The notes beneath the pieces were generated by a model that worked only from the letters and a program-made list of their open reading frames with translations, made no database searches and was not told the DNA's origin. The translations under genes and the position numbers were made by a program. From Arcobacteraceae bacterium (GTDB lineage: Bacteria > Campylobacterota > Campylobacteria > Campylobacterales > Arcobacteraceae), in assembly GCA_048268245.1 (NCBI GenBank), contig JBLWVX010000007.1:1-64000 (forward strand): DNA of 64,000 bases. Direction: 5' to 3'. This document shows, one piece after another, positions 27,102 to 38,229 of this stretch. Position 1 is the first letter of the stretch. Each line of letters begins with the position of its first letter.

Positions 27102-30054
27102 ATTTTCTTAAAGCCTTAGTATTTACAACAGCTATATTATTTAAACATCCAAATAACTCACCAGTTATATCTTCAATCTCTTTAGCCTTTTGTTTTAGTT
27201 CATCATTACTTGCATTTGAAGCATTTAAATCCATAAACTCTTGCATTAAAACATGGAAATTCTCTTTTTTAGTTTTTAATTCTCTCCACTGTGTTGAAGC
27301 TGTATAAGGCATATTTTTTGATTCACTTTCAATAATCCATTTACCTAACTCAGTCTCTTCATTTTTTACTATATCTACATGGCTATAAGTATTTAATTGT
27401 TTATAGTACTCTTTTTTTAGATTGATATTATTATTTTTGTACTTTGATATCTGTTGAATTAAATCAATATCATCAACCATATCATAATATTTTTCATTAA
27501 TTTTTGTTTTCTTAGTAATTCCAAGTAACCTTGATGATAATTGAGCAACTTCCTTTGATAGTAAACCAATACTCGCAGAAGTAGCTGCATTTTCTTGTGT
27601 CATTCTATCAAGATGTGCAACAGCATCATTTACTTGAATCATACCACTTTCTTGTTCTTTTATTGCACCACTTACATTGTCAATAATATTTTTAGTGTCT
27701 ACAATCTTTGAAGATAGTTCATCATAGCCTTTAATCATATTATTAGCTATATTTTTACCTTCATTTGACTTTTGTGTTGCATCTTCAACTAATGCTTTAA
27801 TCTCATTTGCAGCCTCAGCACTTCTACTTGCAAGATTTCTTACTTCTTGTGCAACAACAGCAAAACCTTTTCCAGCTTCACCTGCCGTTGCTGCTTCTAC
27901 AGCTGCATTAAGTGAAAGAATATTTGTTTGGAATGCAATTTTATCAATAACACTAATCGCTTCATTTATTGCTGTTACTTTATCATTTATCTCATCCATT
28001 GATGTAGATGTTTTATTTGCTAATTCATTTCCAGTTTTTGCTGTATTATTAAGTTCATCTGAGATTGTAAGCATTCTTTCAACATCTTTACTACTTGATT
28101 GCATATTGCTTGTAATTTGCTCAATAGAAGCTGCTGTTTGTTCAAGTGAAGCTGCTTGTTCATTTGAACTTGTAGATAAGTTTTGAGAAGATTTACTTAA
28201 AGTAATTGTATTAGATTCTAATTCTTTTCCTGCATTTGTAATCATTGCAACTAGCTGAGATATAGATTGCCCTAATAAGACTGAACCAGCAAATAATGTA
28301 CCAAAATCACCATATAAACCATCTTTTTCATTTTCATCTAATCTTGTATCATATGCACCTTTTGCATACCCATCTAAGACTTTGTTTATATTAGCAACTT
28401 TATTGCTTGTATTTAATATCATATCATTAATACTAAGTCTTAAAGACTCAACCTCAGCTGTTGCACCATGTTGTTTAATTTCATACTGTAAAAAACCATT
28501 TGATGTTTTTTGAGCTACATCAGATAATTCACTTACAACTTTTCTATCCTGTTCTATTATATCTTTGATTTTTATTATTTGTTTATTCATATCTTCAGTC
28601 ATTAAAGCAAACTCATCTGAACCTTTAACTTCCATAGGTTTTAGATAATCTTTTTTTCTACTTACATATAAAAAGAAGTATTCTAAGCCCTGCTTAAACT
28701 CTTTAAGTGAATTAACAATTTTTTTTGTCATAAAAGATACTGATACTATTACTAAAATTAAAACTACAACAATAAGTGTAATTAATATATAAAACTCTTT
28801 ATTTATTTTTGAGATTTTTAAATTTATTCTATCTTTTAACTTATCTACTATTTGTAATTCTAAATTTCTTAACTTTTCAATCCTTTTTAAAGAAACCTCA
28901 TCCCATTTTTTTAAATCAGCACCATATATATTTTTAGATAATTCATCTAAACTATTTAAAGCCCTTTTATCATCAATTTGTACATACTTATCTATTTCTT
29001 CAATACTTTGTTCACTATCTCTTAAAGCTTGAATTTCTGATGCCATTAATAAATAAGAATCAAATACTCTTTGTATTTTTTTTATAAGTTTTTTTTCAAC
29101 TCTTGTTACACCTTTTATTCTTTTATAGGCTTTAAGTTTTCTAATTATTGATACATGTTGTTGTTCAAACTTTTTATAATATGCTCTATCACCTCTTAGA
29201 ACATAGTTCTTAAAGTTATGTATAAGCCCTCCATACCCTGCTAACTCTTTTATTTGTGTAAGTAAACTATCCTTATTATTCTTTATAGTAATTAGTTCTC
29301 TTAACTTTTCAACTTCTAAGTTTTCATCAGACTTTAAAAGCTCATCAAGTTTTTTTAGTTCTTCATCAAACGCAACTTTTTTAAATGTATTTAAATAAGT
29401 ATTTTGAGAAGCAACTAATGAACCAAATTTAAAACCATCTTCATTTGAGATAGATGCAATTTGAAATATATTTCTCAAAATCAATGACTCTTCATATGCT
29501 CTATCTTTTATATTTGATAAAGATACTAAGGATTCTGAGTATTTAGTTAACTGTGCATTATTTGAAAAACTAACTAATTCATCAAGAAATGTAAAAAGAC
29601 TACTTTTCAAAGAATCATAATAAGTTTTTACTTTTAATGAATCTAGTTGGTTGTTTCTTATTTTAGCTCTTATATTAGATAAAGACGAAAGTTGTTTTCT
29701 TAACTTTAATAAATTGTCATCTATTTTAATTCCGAATTTTTTTGAGTTGAAAGTTTTAATAAACCTATCAAATTCTTCATAAGCTTTAGTTGTCTTATCC
29801 TTTTGGTTTTCTAATTCATTTTTAAAACTTTTACCATATGAAGCTATATAAATTAAAGAATAGTATCTTTCTTTTTGAAACTCATTTAATAATGAGCTTG
29901 CTTTAATATTAAACTCTAAATACTCTTGAGTCAAAAGCATTGAGTCTTTTATTTCATACTCTTTTTTTAGTATTATTAAAGATAAAATAATAATACTAAC
30001 TAATGGAAGTACAAGTATAATTAGTATTTTATTTTGCAATTTTAAGGTGTTCAT
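27100..30054 (-). CDS. Methyl-accepting chemotaxis protein with a NIT-like sensor and a C-terminal CZB-like domain
   Basis: Two TM segments; NEFQKER NIT-like motif; [37 protein letters not shown] signalling hairpin; LGKWI tail. Confidence 0.92.
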   Translation of the reverse strand: MNTLKLQNKILIILVLPLVSIIILSLIILKKEYEIKDSMLLTQEYLEFNIKASSLLNEFQKERYYSLIYIASYGKSFKNELENQKDKTTKAYEEFDRFIKTFNSKKFGIKIDDNLLKLRKQLSSLSNIRAKIRNNQLDSLKVKTYYDSLKSSLFTFLDELVSFSNNAQLTKYSESLVSLSNIKDRAYEESLILRNIFQIASISNEDGFKFGSLVASQNTYLNTFKKVAFDEELKKLDELLKSDENLEVEKLRELITIKNNKDSLLTQIKELAGYGGLIHNFKNYVLRGDRAYYKKFEQQHVSIIRKLKAYKRIKGVTRVEKKLIKKIQRVFDSYLLMASEIQALRDSEQSIEEIDKYVQIDDKRALNSLDELSKNIYGADLKKWDEVSLKRIEKLRNLELQIVDKLKDRINLKISKINKEFYILITLIVVVLILVIVSVSFMTKKIVNSLKEFKQGLEYFFLYVSRKKDYLKPMEVKGSDEFALMTEDMNKQIIKIKDIIEQDRKVVSELSDVAQKTSNGFLQYEIKQHGATAEVESLRLSINDMILNTSNKVANINKVLDGYAKGAYDTRLDENEKDGLYGDFGTLFAGSVLLGQSISQLVAMITNAGKELESNTITLSKSSQNLSTSSNEQAASLEQTAASIEQITSNMQSSSKDVERMLTISDELNNTAKTGNELANKTSTSMDEINDKVTAINEAISVIDKIAFQTNILSLNAAVEAATAGEAGKGFAVVAQEVRNLASRSAEAANEIKALVEDATQKSNEGKNIANNMIKGYDELSSKIVDTKNIIDNVSGAIKEQESGMIQVNDAVAHLDRMTQENAATSASIGLLSKEVAQLSSRLLGITKKTKINEKYYDMVDDIDLIQQISKYKNNNINLKKEYYKQLNTYSHVDIVKNEETELGKWIIESESKNMPYTASTQWRELKTKKENFHVLMQEFMDLNASNASNDELKQKAKEIEDITGELFGCLNNIAVVNTKALRK

Positions 30055-30222
30055 TATTTCTCCATGATAAATTTTCAGTACTATAGTATAAAAATTATCA
30101 ATAGATATTTAATGAATATTTGATTGTAACCAGACTGTAATCATGGGGTTATTAATGAGTTATTTATTATTATTTAAGAATAAGTAGTATTTTTTATAAT
30201 GTGAGATATAACAGTTTTTATA

Positions 30223-30252
30223 TAAAAGAAAAGAGTAAAACTCTTTTCTTTA
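30223..30252 (-). terminator. Intrinsic terminator after the flavin reductase gene
   Basis: AAAGAAAAGAG-TAAAA-CTCTTTTCTTT inverted repeat. Confidence 0.7.
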
Positions 30253-30819
30253 TTAAAGATCAACTAAAGCTTTAAATTTAACTCCACATCTACCTATATT
30301 GTCAATATTAACATGATTTCTTTCATTGATTTTATCATCTTCAATAAACTGATATTTTACTTCTAAAATAACAGGTGTAGTTTTACTTGGTATTTCATAA
30401 GTATCATAATATTCACAAAATAACGCACTTTCACAAGATGAAATCATAGGAGGGAAACCTTCTTTTACAGTTTCAACGTCTATTTCAAACTCTTCTATTT
30501 CACTTTGCCCTTTATCAAGTGGTGTTGCACACTTTTGAACAAGTTCAGCATGCTCTTTTTTCGCAAAACAAATAGTTGCTTTCTTACTTTTATTTATATT
30601 TGCTAATGAGTCCTTAGGAGTTCCATCATCTTTTTGTCCAATAGCCACTAAAACTAAAGCAGGATTAGATGATATAGGAATAAAATATGAGAATGGTGCA
30701 CAGTTTAAAACACCGTTTTCATCTTCTGTAACAATCCAAGCAATTGGTCTTGGAATAACAGTTCCAGACATTATTTTATATCTATTTAAGTCGTTTACAT
30801 CTTTATAATCTAAAATCAT
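30253..30819 (-). CDS. Flavin reductase-like FMN-binding protein
   Basis: VIPRPIAWIVT, NCAPFSYF, KDSLANI. Confidence 0.9.
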   Translation of the reverse strand: MILDYKDVNDLNRYKIMSGTVIPRPIAWIVTEDENGVLNCAPFSYFIPISSNPALVLVAIGQKDDGTPKDSLANINKSKKATICFAKKEHAELVQKCATPLDKGQSEIEEFEIDVETVKEGFPPMISSCESALFCEYYDTYEIPSKTTPVILEVKYQFIEDDKINERNHVNIDNIGRCGVKFKALVDL

Positions 30820-30958
30820 TTACTTCCCTCATTTTTCTTTTGAATATACAAAATTATAGCTAAAGGTTTTAATTAACAAAAATATTAGTTACTATATTTC
30901 AGGCTTAATAAATCTATGTTTCTAAAAGTTATTTATTATAAAGATTTATCAATTTTAT

Positions 30959-32953
30959 TTATTTTGAAAGGGGCAAAGATATTTTAAAATTTGAACCTTT
31001 ATAAACTTGATCTTCTAAAACAAACTCTTCATTTTCAACACTTAAAATGCCATTTGCATGTTTCTCAACAATCTGTTTTGTCATATAAAGACCAATTCCT
31101 GTTCTACCATTTTCACCTTTAGTTGTAAAATGAGCTTTAAAGATATCCTCTTTTATGTTATCAGGAATTCCTCCTGCACTATCTTTTATATTTATGTGAG
31201 CATAATCATCATCACTGTAAATATCAATAACAATAAATCTTTTTGACTCATCAATATCAAGCAAGGCATCTCTTGCATTATTTAAGATATTAAGAGTTGC
31301 TTGTAAAAGTTCATTTTTAATTGCTTTTACTTTTACACTGTTATAGTTTTCAATAATAGTTATATAACTATTTTTCATTGAAGCACTTATTAATGAAAGA
31401 TTTTTTTCAAGTAAATCAGTTAAATCAAACTCTTCTAATATTTTCTTTTCATTAAAAAAGTTCCTAAAGTCTTCTATTGTATCTGATAGATGTATTGCTG
31501 TATCAACTATTTTTGAAAAATCTTTTTTCAATTCATCTTTTTCTAGAATATCAAACTCCATTTTCAATGAATTTCCACTGGCTATTGTAGAAATAGTACT
31601 TAAAGGCTGTCTCCATTGATGTGCAATATTTCCAATCATCTCACCCATTGAGGCCATTTTAGATTGACTATAAAGTAGTTGATCTTTTTTTCTATTTTTT
31701 CTAACTTCTTCTTTAAATCTATTTTTTAACTTCTCATTTAACTCTTCAAGTTCTTTTGTTTTTTCTTCTACTTTAAACTCTAACGTAGCATTTATATTTT
31801 TAAGTGCATTTTTTTGATTCTCAATTCTAAGCTTATGTCTTTCAAATAATTGAGTTAACTTTAGTGATATAAAATATGAGATTATTAAAGCAATTATTAA
31901 AAATACTGATACTATTTGAATAGTCTCTTTTATACTTTGTTCAGTTTTTTGTTTATCTACTCCAATAATCTTTTCAATATTTTTGTCAATATCATCTATA
32001 TAAACTACTACACTTATTAGCCAATTCCAATGTTTTATATAATTTAAAATATACAACTTATAGCTATTATCATCAATTTTTTTCCAAATAAATTTATACT
32101 TTTCATTTGATAAACCAACTTTTGACTTTTTTAAGAATCCACTGATTGATTCAATAACTTCTTTATCTTGTTCATAAAGCAAAAAACTTCTATTTACATA
32201 TGTATATTTTTTAGAATGTTGTAATATTCTTAAATCATCATCCATTGTAAATATATATCCATTATCACTAATACTCATTAGATCTAATCTTTTTTTAACT
32301 TCATTTTTTGAAATAGAAATATACTCTTTTAAATCAACACTATACCCAACTACAATATTCAATTTAGGAAAATCTTTTATATATGAAACTTTAAAATCTT
32401 CTTCATTCGAATTTGATTCATTGTTAGAGTAAAGAATGAAACCTTCACTCTTTTTTTGTATTAGTTTATTGAATTTTTTTAAATAGTCTTTGTTTGTATA
32501 TATTGGTTCACCTAAACTTCTATCATAGTTTAAATCAAGAAATTTAGTATTGTCTTTGTAAGTATAAATAAAATATTCGCCATTATCACTTGACTTAACT
32601 TGACTAAGAGATTTTAAAAGCTCAATTTGAATTGAGCTATGAAGGTCTTTATTTTGTTCATCTTGTTTATTTAAAACTCTACTTGCAAATTCAATCTTTG
32701 ATTTTATATTATCTTTTATAACATTTAAAGAACTTGCTTTCTTAAATTTTATATATGAATTAACAGACTCAACTATTGTCAATACTCTTAACTCTTCTTT
32801 ATCTAAAAAATCTTCTTTTAATTTATTATAATCTGTTTCAAATTTTGAATTAGCTTTTTCTATATGAATAAAAGTAATAATTGATGCTGTTAATATAATA
32901 AACACCATAGGTATTATATATATCAAACCAGTAAAGTGCTTTTCTTTAAACAT
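30959..32953 (-). CDS. Cache-domain sensor histidine kinase
   Basis: Two TMs; MGEMIGNIAHQWRQPL H-box; NILNNARDA; DSAGGI; GIGLY. Confidence 0.93.
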   Translation of the reverse strand: MFKEKHFTGLIYIIPMVFIILTASIITFIHIEKANSKFETDYNKLKEDFLDKEELRVLTIVESVNSYIKFKKASSLNVIKDNIKSKIEFASRVLNKQDEQNKDLHSSIQIELLKSLSQVKSSDNGEYFIYTYKDNTKFLDLNYDRSLGEPIYTNKDYLKKFNKLIQKKSEGFILYSNNESNSNEEDFKVSYIKDFPKLNIVVGYSVDLKEYISISKNEVKKRLDLMSISDNGYIFTMDDDLRILQHSKKYTYVNRSFLLYEQDKEVIESISGFLKKSKVGLSNEKYKFIWKKIDDNSYKLYILNYIKHWNWLISVVVYIDDIDKNIEKIIGVDKQKTEQSIKETIQIVSVFLIIALIISYFISLKLTQLFERHKLRIENQKNALKNINATLEFKVEEKTKELEELNEKLKNRFKEEVRKNRKKDQLLYSQSKMASMGEMIGNIAHQWRQPLSTISTIASGNSLKMEFDILEKDELKKDFSKIVDTAIHLSDTIEDFRNFFNEKKILEEFDLTDLLEKNLSLISASMKNSYITIIENYNSVKVKAIKNELLQATLNILNNARDALLDIDESKRFIVIDIYSDDDYAHINIKDSAGGIPDNIKEDIFKAHFTTKGENGRTGIGLYMTKQIVEKHANGILSVENEEFVLEDQVYKGSNFKISLPLSK

Positions 32954-32961
32954 ATATTATC

Positions 32962-33186
32962 TTAAATTTTAAATTCTTGCTCTACTTGCTTGGCTAAAAG
33001 CTCACCTTTTATACTGAGTGATGAATCTAAAACATATTGATCTTTTTTTAAATTCTTAAGTAATCTTTTTCCCTCTTTTAGTGAAAAAAGTCCACTATTT
33101 TCAAGCTTTAAAACTACATCATTTAAAGACTCATCACTATCTTTTTTAAGAATACCTAAAAGTAAAACTTTTTCATTTATATCCAT
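32962..33186 (-). CDS. Small hypothetical protein (possible winged helix)
   Basis: 74-aa ORF coupled to both neighbours. Confidence 0.7.
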   Translation of the reverse strand: MDINEKVLLLGILKKDSDESLNDVVLKLENSGLFSLKEGKRLLKNLKKDQYVLDSSLSIKGELLAKQVEQEFKI

Positions 33187-34358
33187 GTTTTAATCCTAAT
33201 AAAATATAGAGCAAATAGCATAAATCCAAGCCCTAAAACAACAGTAATTATAGCAAGAGAAGTTAAAGTTGCCATTAATCCAATAAACATAGTCGTTATT
33301 ATGCATGAAATCATGAAAAACATATCATTATAAGAGATTACTCTACCTAAGTACTCATCATCACATTTCTCTTGTAAAAGTGCATAAGTAATAGACCATA
33401 AAACAGTAGTGAACAATCCTGTCATAAAAACAAATATTAATGATACATAAAAGTTATGTTGAGTTAATCCCCAAAGAATGATAGCAATTCCTTGAATTAT
33501 TAATAAATAGTGTATATTTGTTTTATTTACATACTTTGATATAAAAAATGGTCCAATCATTAAAGCAAATGCTCTAACGGCATTTGAAATTCCTATAGCC
33601 AAAGGAACAGCTATTACATACTTATATTCATTTTTAGCAAGTAGTGTTACTAATGTATCAAAAGATGTAAGACCAACACTTGCATGTAAAAAAATTAGGT
33701 GCATGATTTTTGGATTTTCTTTAATATAGAAAAAACCATCTTTTATTAAAGCAAATATTTTATGTTTAATTTCACTTTGTTTTACTTCAAAATCTATTCT
33801 AATAAGTACTAAAAGAGCTGCTAAAAAAAATCCTGCATCTATAATAAAAGCTGTTTTTACACCCACATAATTAACTACAACTCCACTTATTCCCATACCT
33901 GCTGAGTAAGCAAAAGACCAAATAATAGAATGAACCTCATTTGCTTTTTGTAGAGCAGGTCCTTTTACTAATTTTGCAAGTAATGACATCTCTGTAGAGA
34001 AAAACATAGAAGCACAACTCATTCTAATAAATATAAATATCAAAAGAAGCCATATTTGACTTTTGTCATCAATAAGTAAAAAACAAAGTGTCATCAGTAG
34101 CTCAACACTTAAAAGTGCTACCATTAAATTTTTTAGTTTAAATCTATCTATAATAGCCCCTGAAAAAGGAGCTATTAATACAGCTGGTAAAAAGTGCATT
34201 GCTGTTACTACAGCAATTGCTAACTCAGAAGAACCAAATTGAACAAGCATTGTATAAATAGCAACATTTGAAAACCATGCTCCAAAATATGCTATTAATT
34301 GAACTGCTGATAAATCTCTTATTACCTTATGTTTTGAAAATAACTCACGATAATTCAA
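33177..34358 (-). CDS. MFS transporter
   Basis: About 12 hydrophobic segments; GAIIDRF motif A; YLGRV. Confidence 0.92.
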   Translation of the reverse strand: MNYRELFSKHKVIRDLSAVQLIAYFGAWFSNVAIYTMLVQFGSSELAIAVVTAMHFLPAVLIAPFSGAIIDRFKLKNLMVALLSVELLMTLCFLLIDDKSQIWLLLIFIFIRMSCASMFFSTEMSLLAKLVKGPALQKANEVHSIIWSFAYSAGMGISGVVVNYVGVKTAFIIDAGFFLAALLVLIRIDFEVKQSEIKHKIFALIKDGFFYIKENPKIMHLIFLHASVGLTSFDTLVTLLAKNEYKYVIAVPLAIGISNAVRAFALMIGPFFISKYVNKTNIHYLLIIQGIAIILWGLTQHNFYVSLIFVFMTGLFTTVLWSITYALLQEKCDDEYLGRVISYNDMFFMISCIITTMFIGLMATLTSLAIITVVLGLGFMLFALYFIRIKTWI

Positions 34359-36051
34359 TTTGGATTAATACCTCTTGATACATAGCAGAAAAAGAATCTT
34401 CATCCTCTTTATTAGGAGTTAAGTAATTAACATACTTATTCCCAGCATAGAAAAAGGCACAATTTTCTTTTATGTCAACACTTGTTTTTACTTTAAATTG
34501 TGAGCTTCCATATGGTGAAGATATTTTTACTTCACTTCCATCTTCAAAACCTACATTTGGATGAAGATATACATTATTATCACTATTAAACTGCGAATTT
34601 AATGAGTTTTTACTTTTAGCAGTTATTAAATAGAAATTCTCTTCTGTTTTATTTTTGTATAAAGGCTCTACATCAAGCTCTTCTATAAATTCAAAAGTAT
34701 CAAACTTTTCATACTCTACTTTATTATTTTCATAATAATCAAGAATTTCATCTTCTTCTTTTAAAGGCTCATATGAAAACTTTTCTATTAAATACTTAGC
34801 TAAATCATATTCACTAATAGTCTCTTTTGATGCTTCATTTATAACTTCTGATATAGCAATAAATTCATGTCCATAAGATAGTCTAATATCTCTTTTACAT
34901 AAAAAATCACTTGAAGGAATAATAAGATCTGCATATTCACAAGTATCATTATATGTAGTTCCAAAATAAACAACAAAACTTTTTTTAAGTCCATCTATAA
35001 CAGCTTGTGTATTTGGTGCTGATACTACTGGATTTGCCCCTTGGATAAATACTAAATCGTAAGAGCCAAAATCAAGTGAGGCTACTGATACTTTTTTGTT
35101 TTTGCCTTTATATGCAAATTGTTTCTCATATCCATAATTTGAATCACTTAAATACCATACTCCACCTGCTTCTTGATTGTGAATACCCAAAAACATTGCA
35201 AAGCCATCAATAGCTCTCATTATTTGAGCACCTTCAAAATATTTTTGAACACCAAGTCCTAATACTATTGATACTTTTTTACCTTCAATAATGTCAAATA
35301 GTTTATAAGCATCATTTAAAGCAACTCCTGTTGTTGCTTCATAAGATACCAAAGGTCTATTTTTTGATATATCAAAAAACCAATCATGACCTTCACTATT
35401 TTCCTCAAGATACTCTTCATCATCTAATCTATTCATAAATGTAAGTCTAGTTAAATACAAAGCCAACTCATGATCTGTTTTAGGGTTTAATTGTAAGTGA
35501 AGTTCTGACTTTTTAGCAATTTGGGTTTTTATTGGATCTATAGTAATAAATGTTTTATCTTTAACAAGATTATATATATGAGAAGAAGTTTGAGTAAAAT
35601 TTCTACCCCATACAATAATTACATCAGAATCTATTAAATCTTGAATTGGTGGATTTTGTACACTACCTCTATTAGCTTCAATTCCAGCACCTCCACCTCC
35701 ATCACATAAACTTCCTTTTGTTAAAACTGCTCCATGCTTAGCAAAAAAGTTTTTAGGGGCACTTTGCATTACACCTAAATTTCCACTTCCCTTATAAAAT
35801 AAAGTAGAATTAACATCTGTTGTTTTTAATTTATCTTCTAAAATATCTAAAGAGTCTTGTAAAGAAATATCAGCCCCTTCATATTTTGCTGTTTGTAGAT
35901 TATCTTGTTTTAATAAACTTGCAAAGTTTACACATAATTTTCCATTTGTTACACTATTTTCTTTTGAACCTTTTATTACTCCATCAATACTTTTTGCCTG
36001 ACATGCGTCATAACAGTCTAATGGACAGGCTACTTTTTTATCTAAACTCAA
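34345..36051 (-). CDS. Molybdopterin-dependent oxidoreductase
   Basis: ACPLDCYDAC..GKLC Fe-S motif; VWGRN; GANPVVSAPN; ADLIIP; SLNSQF dinucleotide-binding domain. Confidence 0.88.
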   Translation of the reverse strand: MSLDKKVACPLDCYDACQAKSIDGVIKGSKENSVTNGKLCVNFASLLKQDNLQTAKYEGADISLQDSLDILEDKLKTTDVNSTLFYKGSGNLGVMQSAPKNFFAKHGAVLTKGSLCDGGGGAGIEANRGSVQNPPIQDLIDSDVIIVWGRNFTQTSSHIYNLVKDKTFITIDPIKTQIAKKSELHLQLNPKTDHELALYLTRLTFMNRLDDEEYLEENSEGHDWFFDISKNRPLVSYEATTGVALNDAYKLFDIIEGKKVSIVLGLGVQKYFEGAQIMRAIDGFAMFLGIHNQEAGGVWYLSDSNYGYEKQFAYKGKNKKVSVASLDFGSYDLVFIQGANPVVSAPNTQAVIDGLKKSFVVYFGTTYNDTCEYADLIIPSSDFLCKRDIRLSYGHEFIAISEVINEASKETISEYDLAKYLIEKFSYEPLKEEDEILDYYENNKVEYEKFDTFEFIEELDVEPLYKNKTEENFYLITAKSKNSLNSQFNSDNNVYLHPNVGFEDGSEVKISSPYGSSQFKVKTSVDIKENCAFFYAGNKYVNYLTPNKEDEDSFSAMYQEVLIQIELS

Positions 36052-36745
36052 TTTTTACTAACCTTGAAAATGTTTTAACCTTATCTACAATAATTTCCAC
36101 TTTATATGATGAAATATGTGATGAATCAGCAACAGAGTATATTTTATTTATTTTTATATTTGTTTCTTTACCATCTAAAAATATCTTTTTATTTTTTATA
36201 TTATCAATACTTGAAATAGGCACAAAAAACTCTAATTTTCCTTTTGATAAATCTTGTGCTTCATATAAAAGTGTTCCAGGATTAACATAATCCCCTTTTT
36301 TTACTGCGATATTAGATATATAATTTGATTTTTCAATCAACCTTTTTTTTGAAATAGTATCTTTTAAACCCTCTATTTTTATAATAATATCTGCTTTTGA
36401 GGATTTAAGATTTACTACTTTTAACTTTTGTGAGTCTTTTTCAAAAGCTGGTTTTGAAGATACTCTACTTAATCTTTCATAATTCTTTTGTTCAATATTT
36501 ATCATTTCATTTATATATGAAAGTTTATTTTTTGATTGTTCTAAATCTATTTTATTTATATTTGAATCAATTTGTACAATCAATGAATTATTTGCTTTTT
36601 TTCCTTCAATATTTTCATTTGTATATATAACTTTTCCAGAAACTGAAGATTTTATTTTATAACTTTGAACTGGTTGTAGTTTCGCATAATATTCACTTGC
36701 AAAAGCTGAACCAATTAAAAACATACTTATTAACACTGCTTTCAT
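36038..36745 (-). CDS. HlyD-like periplasmic adaptor protein
   Basis: Signal peptide; lipoyl halves IKSSVSGKV and VKKGDYVNPGTLL flanking a coiled coil. Confidence 0.75.
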   Translation of the reverse strand: MKAVLISMFLIGSAFASEYYAKLQPVQSYKIKSSVSGKVIYTNENIEGKKANNSLIVQIDSNINKIDLEQSKNKLSYINEMINIEQKNYERLSRVSSKPAFEKDSQKLKVVNLKSSKADIIIKIEGLKDTISKKRLIEKSNYISNIAVKKGDYVNPGTLLYEAQDLSKGKLEFFVPISSIDNIKNKKIFLDGKETNIKINKIYSVADSSHISSYKVEIIVDKVKTFSRLVKIEFR

Positions 36746-38227
36746 TTATAATCCTTTTATATCAACTGCTTTTAAATATTTGATAATATCTTTCTTTAGT
36801 ATTTCTATATCTTCTTTGTTCTCTTCAACACTAAATATAAACTCATTTAGTTTTTCATCTTTATTTATATAAACACTTAAAACTTTTAAAAGTTCACTTG
36901 TAGTCTTAGATAATCTAACTTTTTTTATTAAAGGTATATCATCAAGTTTTTTTAATTTTCTTGAATTTATAACATAATAATATAAACCTAATGTTAATAG
37001 TGTTGTAATAATACCCAAAGAGAAATATAAAATATTATTGCTTATTGAACTTTTCTCAACAACTTTTACAATTTGTTTTTTTTCTACACTTTTCACTGCT
37101 TTTTCTAAACTAGCTTTTATATTGTTTTGAATATTTTCATTTTTTGTAACTTGTATATTAAAAGTTTGTGTTTTTTTATTTATAATCTCTTTTTTATCCT
37201 TATCAAAATATGAAAACTCAAAAGATGGTATTTTATAAGACTCATTTGAGATTATAGTGTAACTCTTTTCATAAAAGCCTTCATATTTACCATCTATATA
37301 TTTTGTTTCAATTTTAGCTTTATTTGAATATATCTTTGCATTTGGGATATTAAGATCAAAATCTTTTATATCATCAAAATTTCCATTCCCCGAAATTTTA
37401 ATAGTATAATTTACAGCATCAAAAGCATTTACACTCTTTTTATCAACACTTGCTTCTATATCAAAGCTACCAACTAAGTCTATATTTTGAGGTAAAGGCT
37501 TTACTTTAAGTTTTAAAGCATTGGAATAAATCTTTTTATTTGAAACACTATTAGTGAAAAAACTCATACTATTTCTTGAGTTATCTACATATTGAGCATC
37601 AATTCTTAAAGGCTCAATTGTAAGTTCACCACTTTTTTGAGGAAATAGTAAAAACTTTAATTCTGTAACTATATAATCATTGTCTTCATAATTTCTTTGA
37701 TAATTAAGCTTTTTATACCAAAAGCTTTGAAAATTTGGATTTATGAAAGCTAAATCGATTATTTGCATTTGTGATTTATATTTAAATTTTAAAAGTAACT
37801 CAAAAGGTTCTGATACATATAAATCATTTTTACTCGAAACTATTTCAAAATCAAAATCTTTTGAAATACTCTTTTGAGGTAAAACTAGCTTAAACTCTTT
37901 TTCTTTTGTTTCATACTCTTTACCATCAAGAATAAATTTTAATGATGGAAAAATGAAATTATTATTTGGATAAAAAGAATAAGCTCTTTTTATTTTTTTT
38001 GTAATTTTTGAGTTTATGATAGTAGTAGAACTAGAGTTCGAAATAGTTGATACTTTTTGTCCTGATATGTTATCTATTTTAGGAAACTGTATATCTTCAC
38101 CTTGAAGCTCCAAACTAAAAGTAAAAGCTTCATTTTTTATGGCACTGTTTGGTAAGTTAAGTTTTACATTTGCAAAAACACTTGAAAGAAATAAAAAAAA
38201 CAGAATTGCAAATCTAATTTTTTTCAT
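36746..38227 (-). CDS. BatD-family protein
   Basis: Signal peptide; LFPQKSGELTI, VKPLP..VGSF, ISGNGN, FSYFD; C-terminal TM. Confidence 0.8.
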   Translation of the reverse strand: MKKIRFAILFFLFLSSVFANVKLNLPNSAIKNEAFTFSLELQGEDIQFPKIDNISGQKVSTISNSSSTTIINSKITKKIKRAYSFYPNNNFIFPSLKFILDGKEYETKEKEFKLVLPQKSISKDFDFEIVSSKNDLYVSEPFELLLKFKYKSQMQIIDLAFINPNFQSFWYKKLNYQRNYEDNDYIVTELKFLLFPQKSGELTIEPLRIDAQYVDNSRNSMSFFTNSVSNKKIYSNALKLKVKPLPQNIDLVGSFDIEASVDKKSVNAFDAVNYTIKISGNGNFDDIKDFDLNIPNAKIYSNKAKIETKYIDGKYEGFYEKSYTIISNESYKIPSFEFSYFDKDKKEIINKKTQTFNIQVTKNENIQNNIKASLEKAVKSVEKKQIVKVVEKSSISNNILYFSLGIITTLLTLGLYYYVINSRKLKKLDDIPLIKKVRLSKTTSELLKVLSVYINKDEKLNEFIFSVEENKEDIEILKKDIIKYLKAVDIKGL

Positions 38228-38229
38228 AT

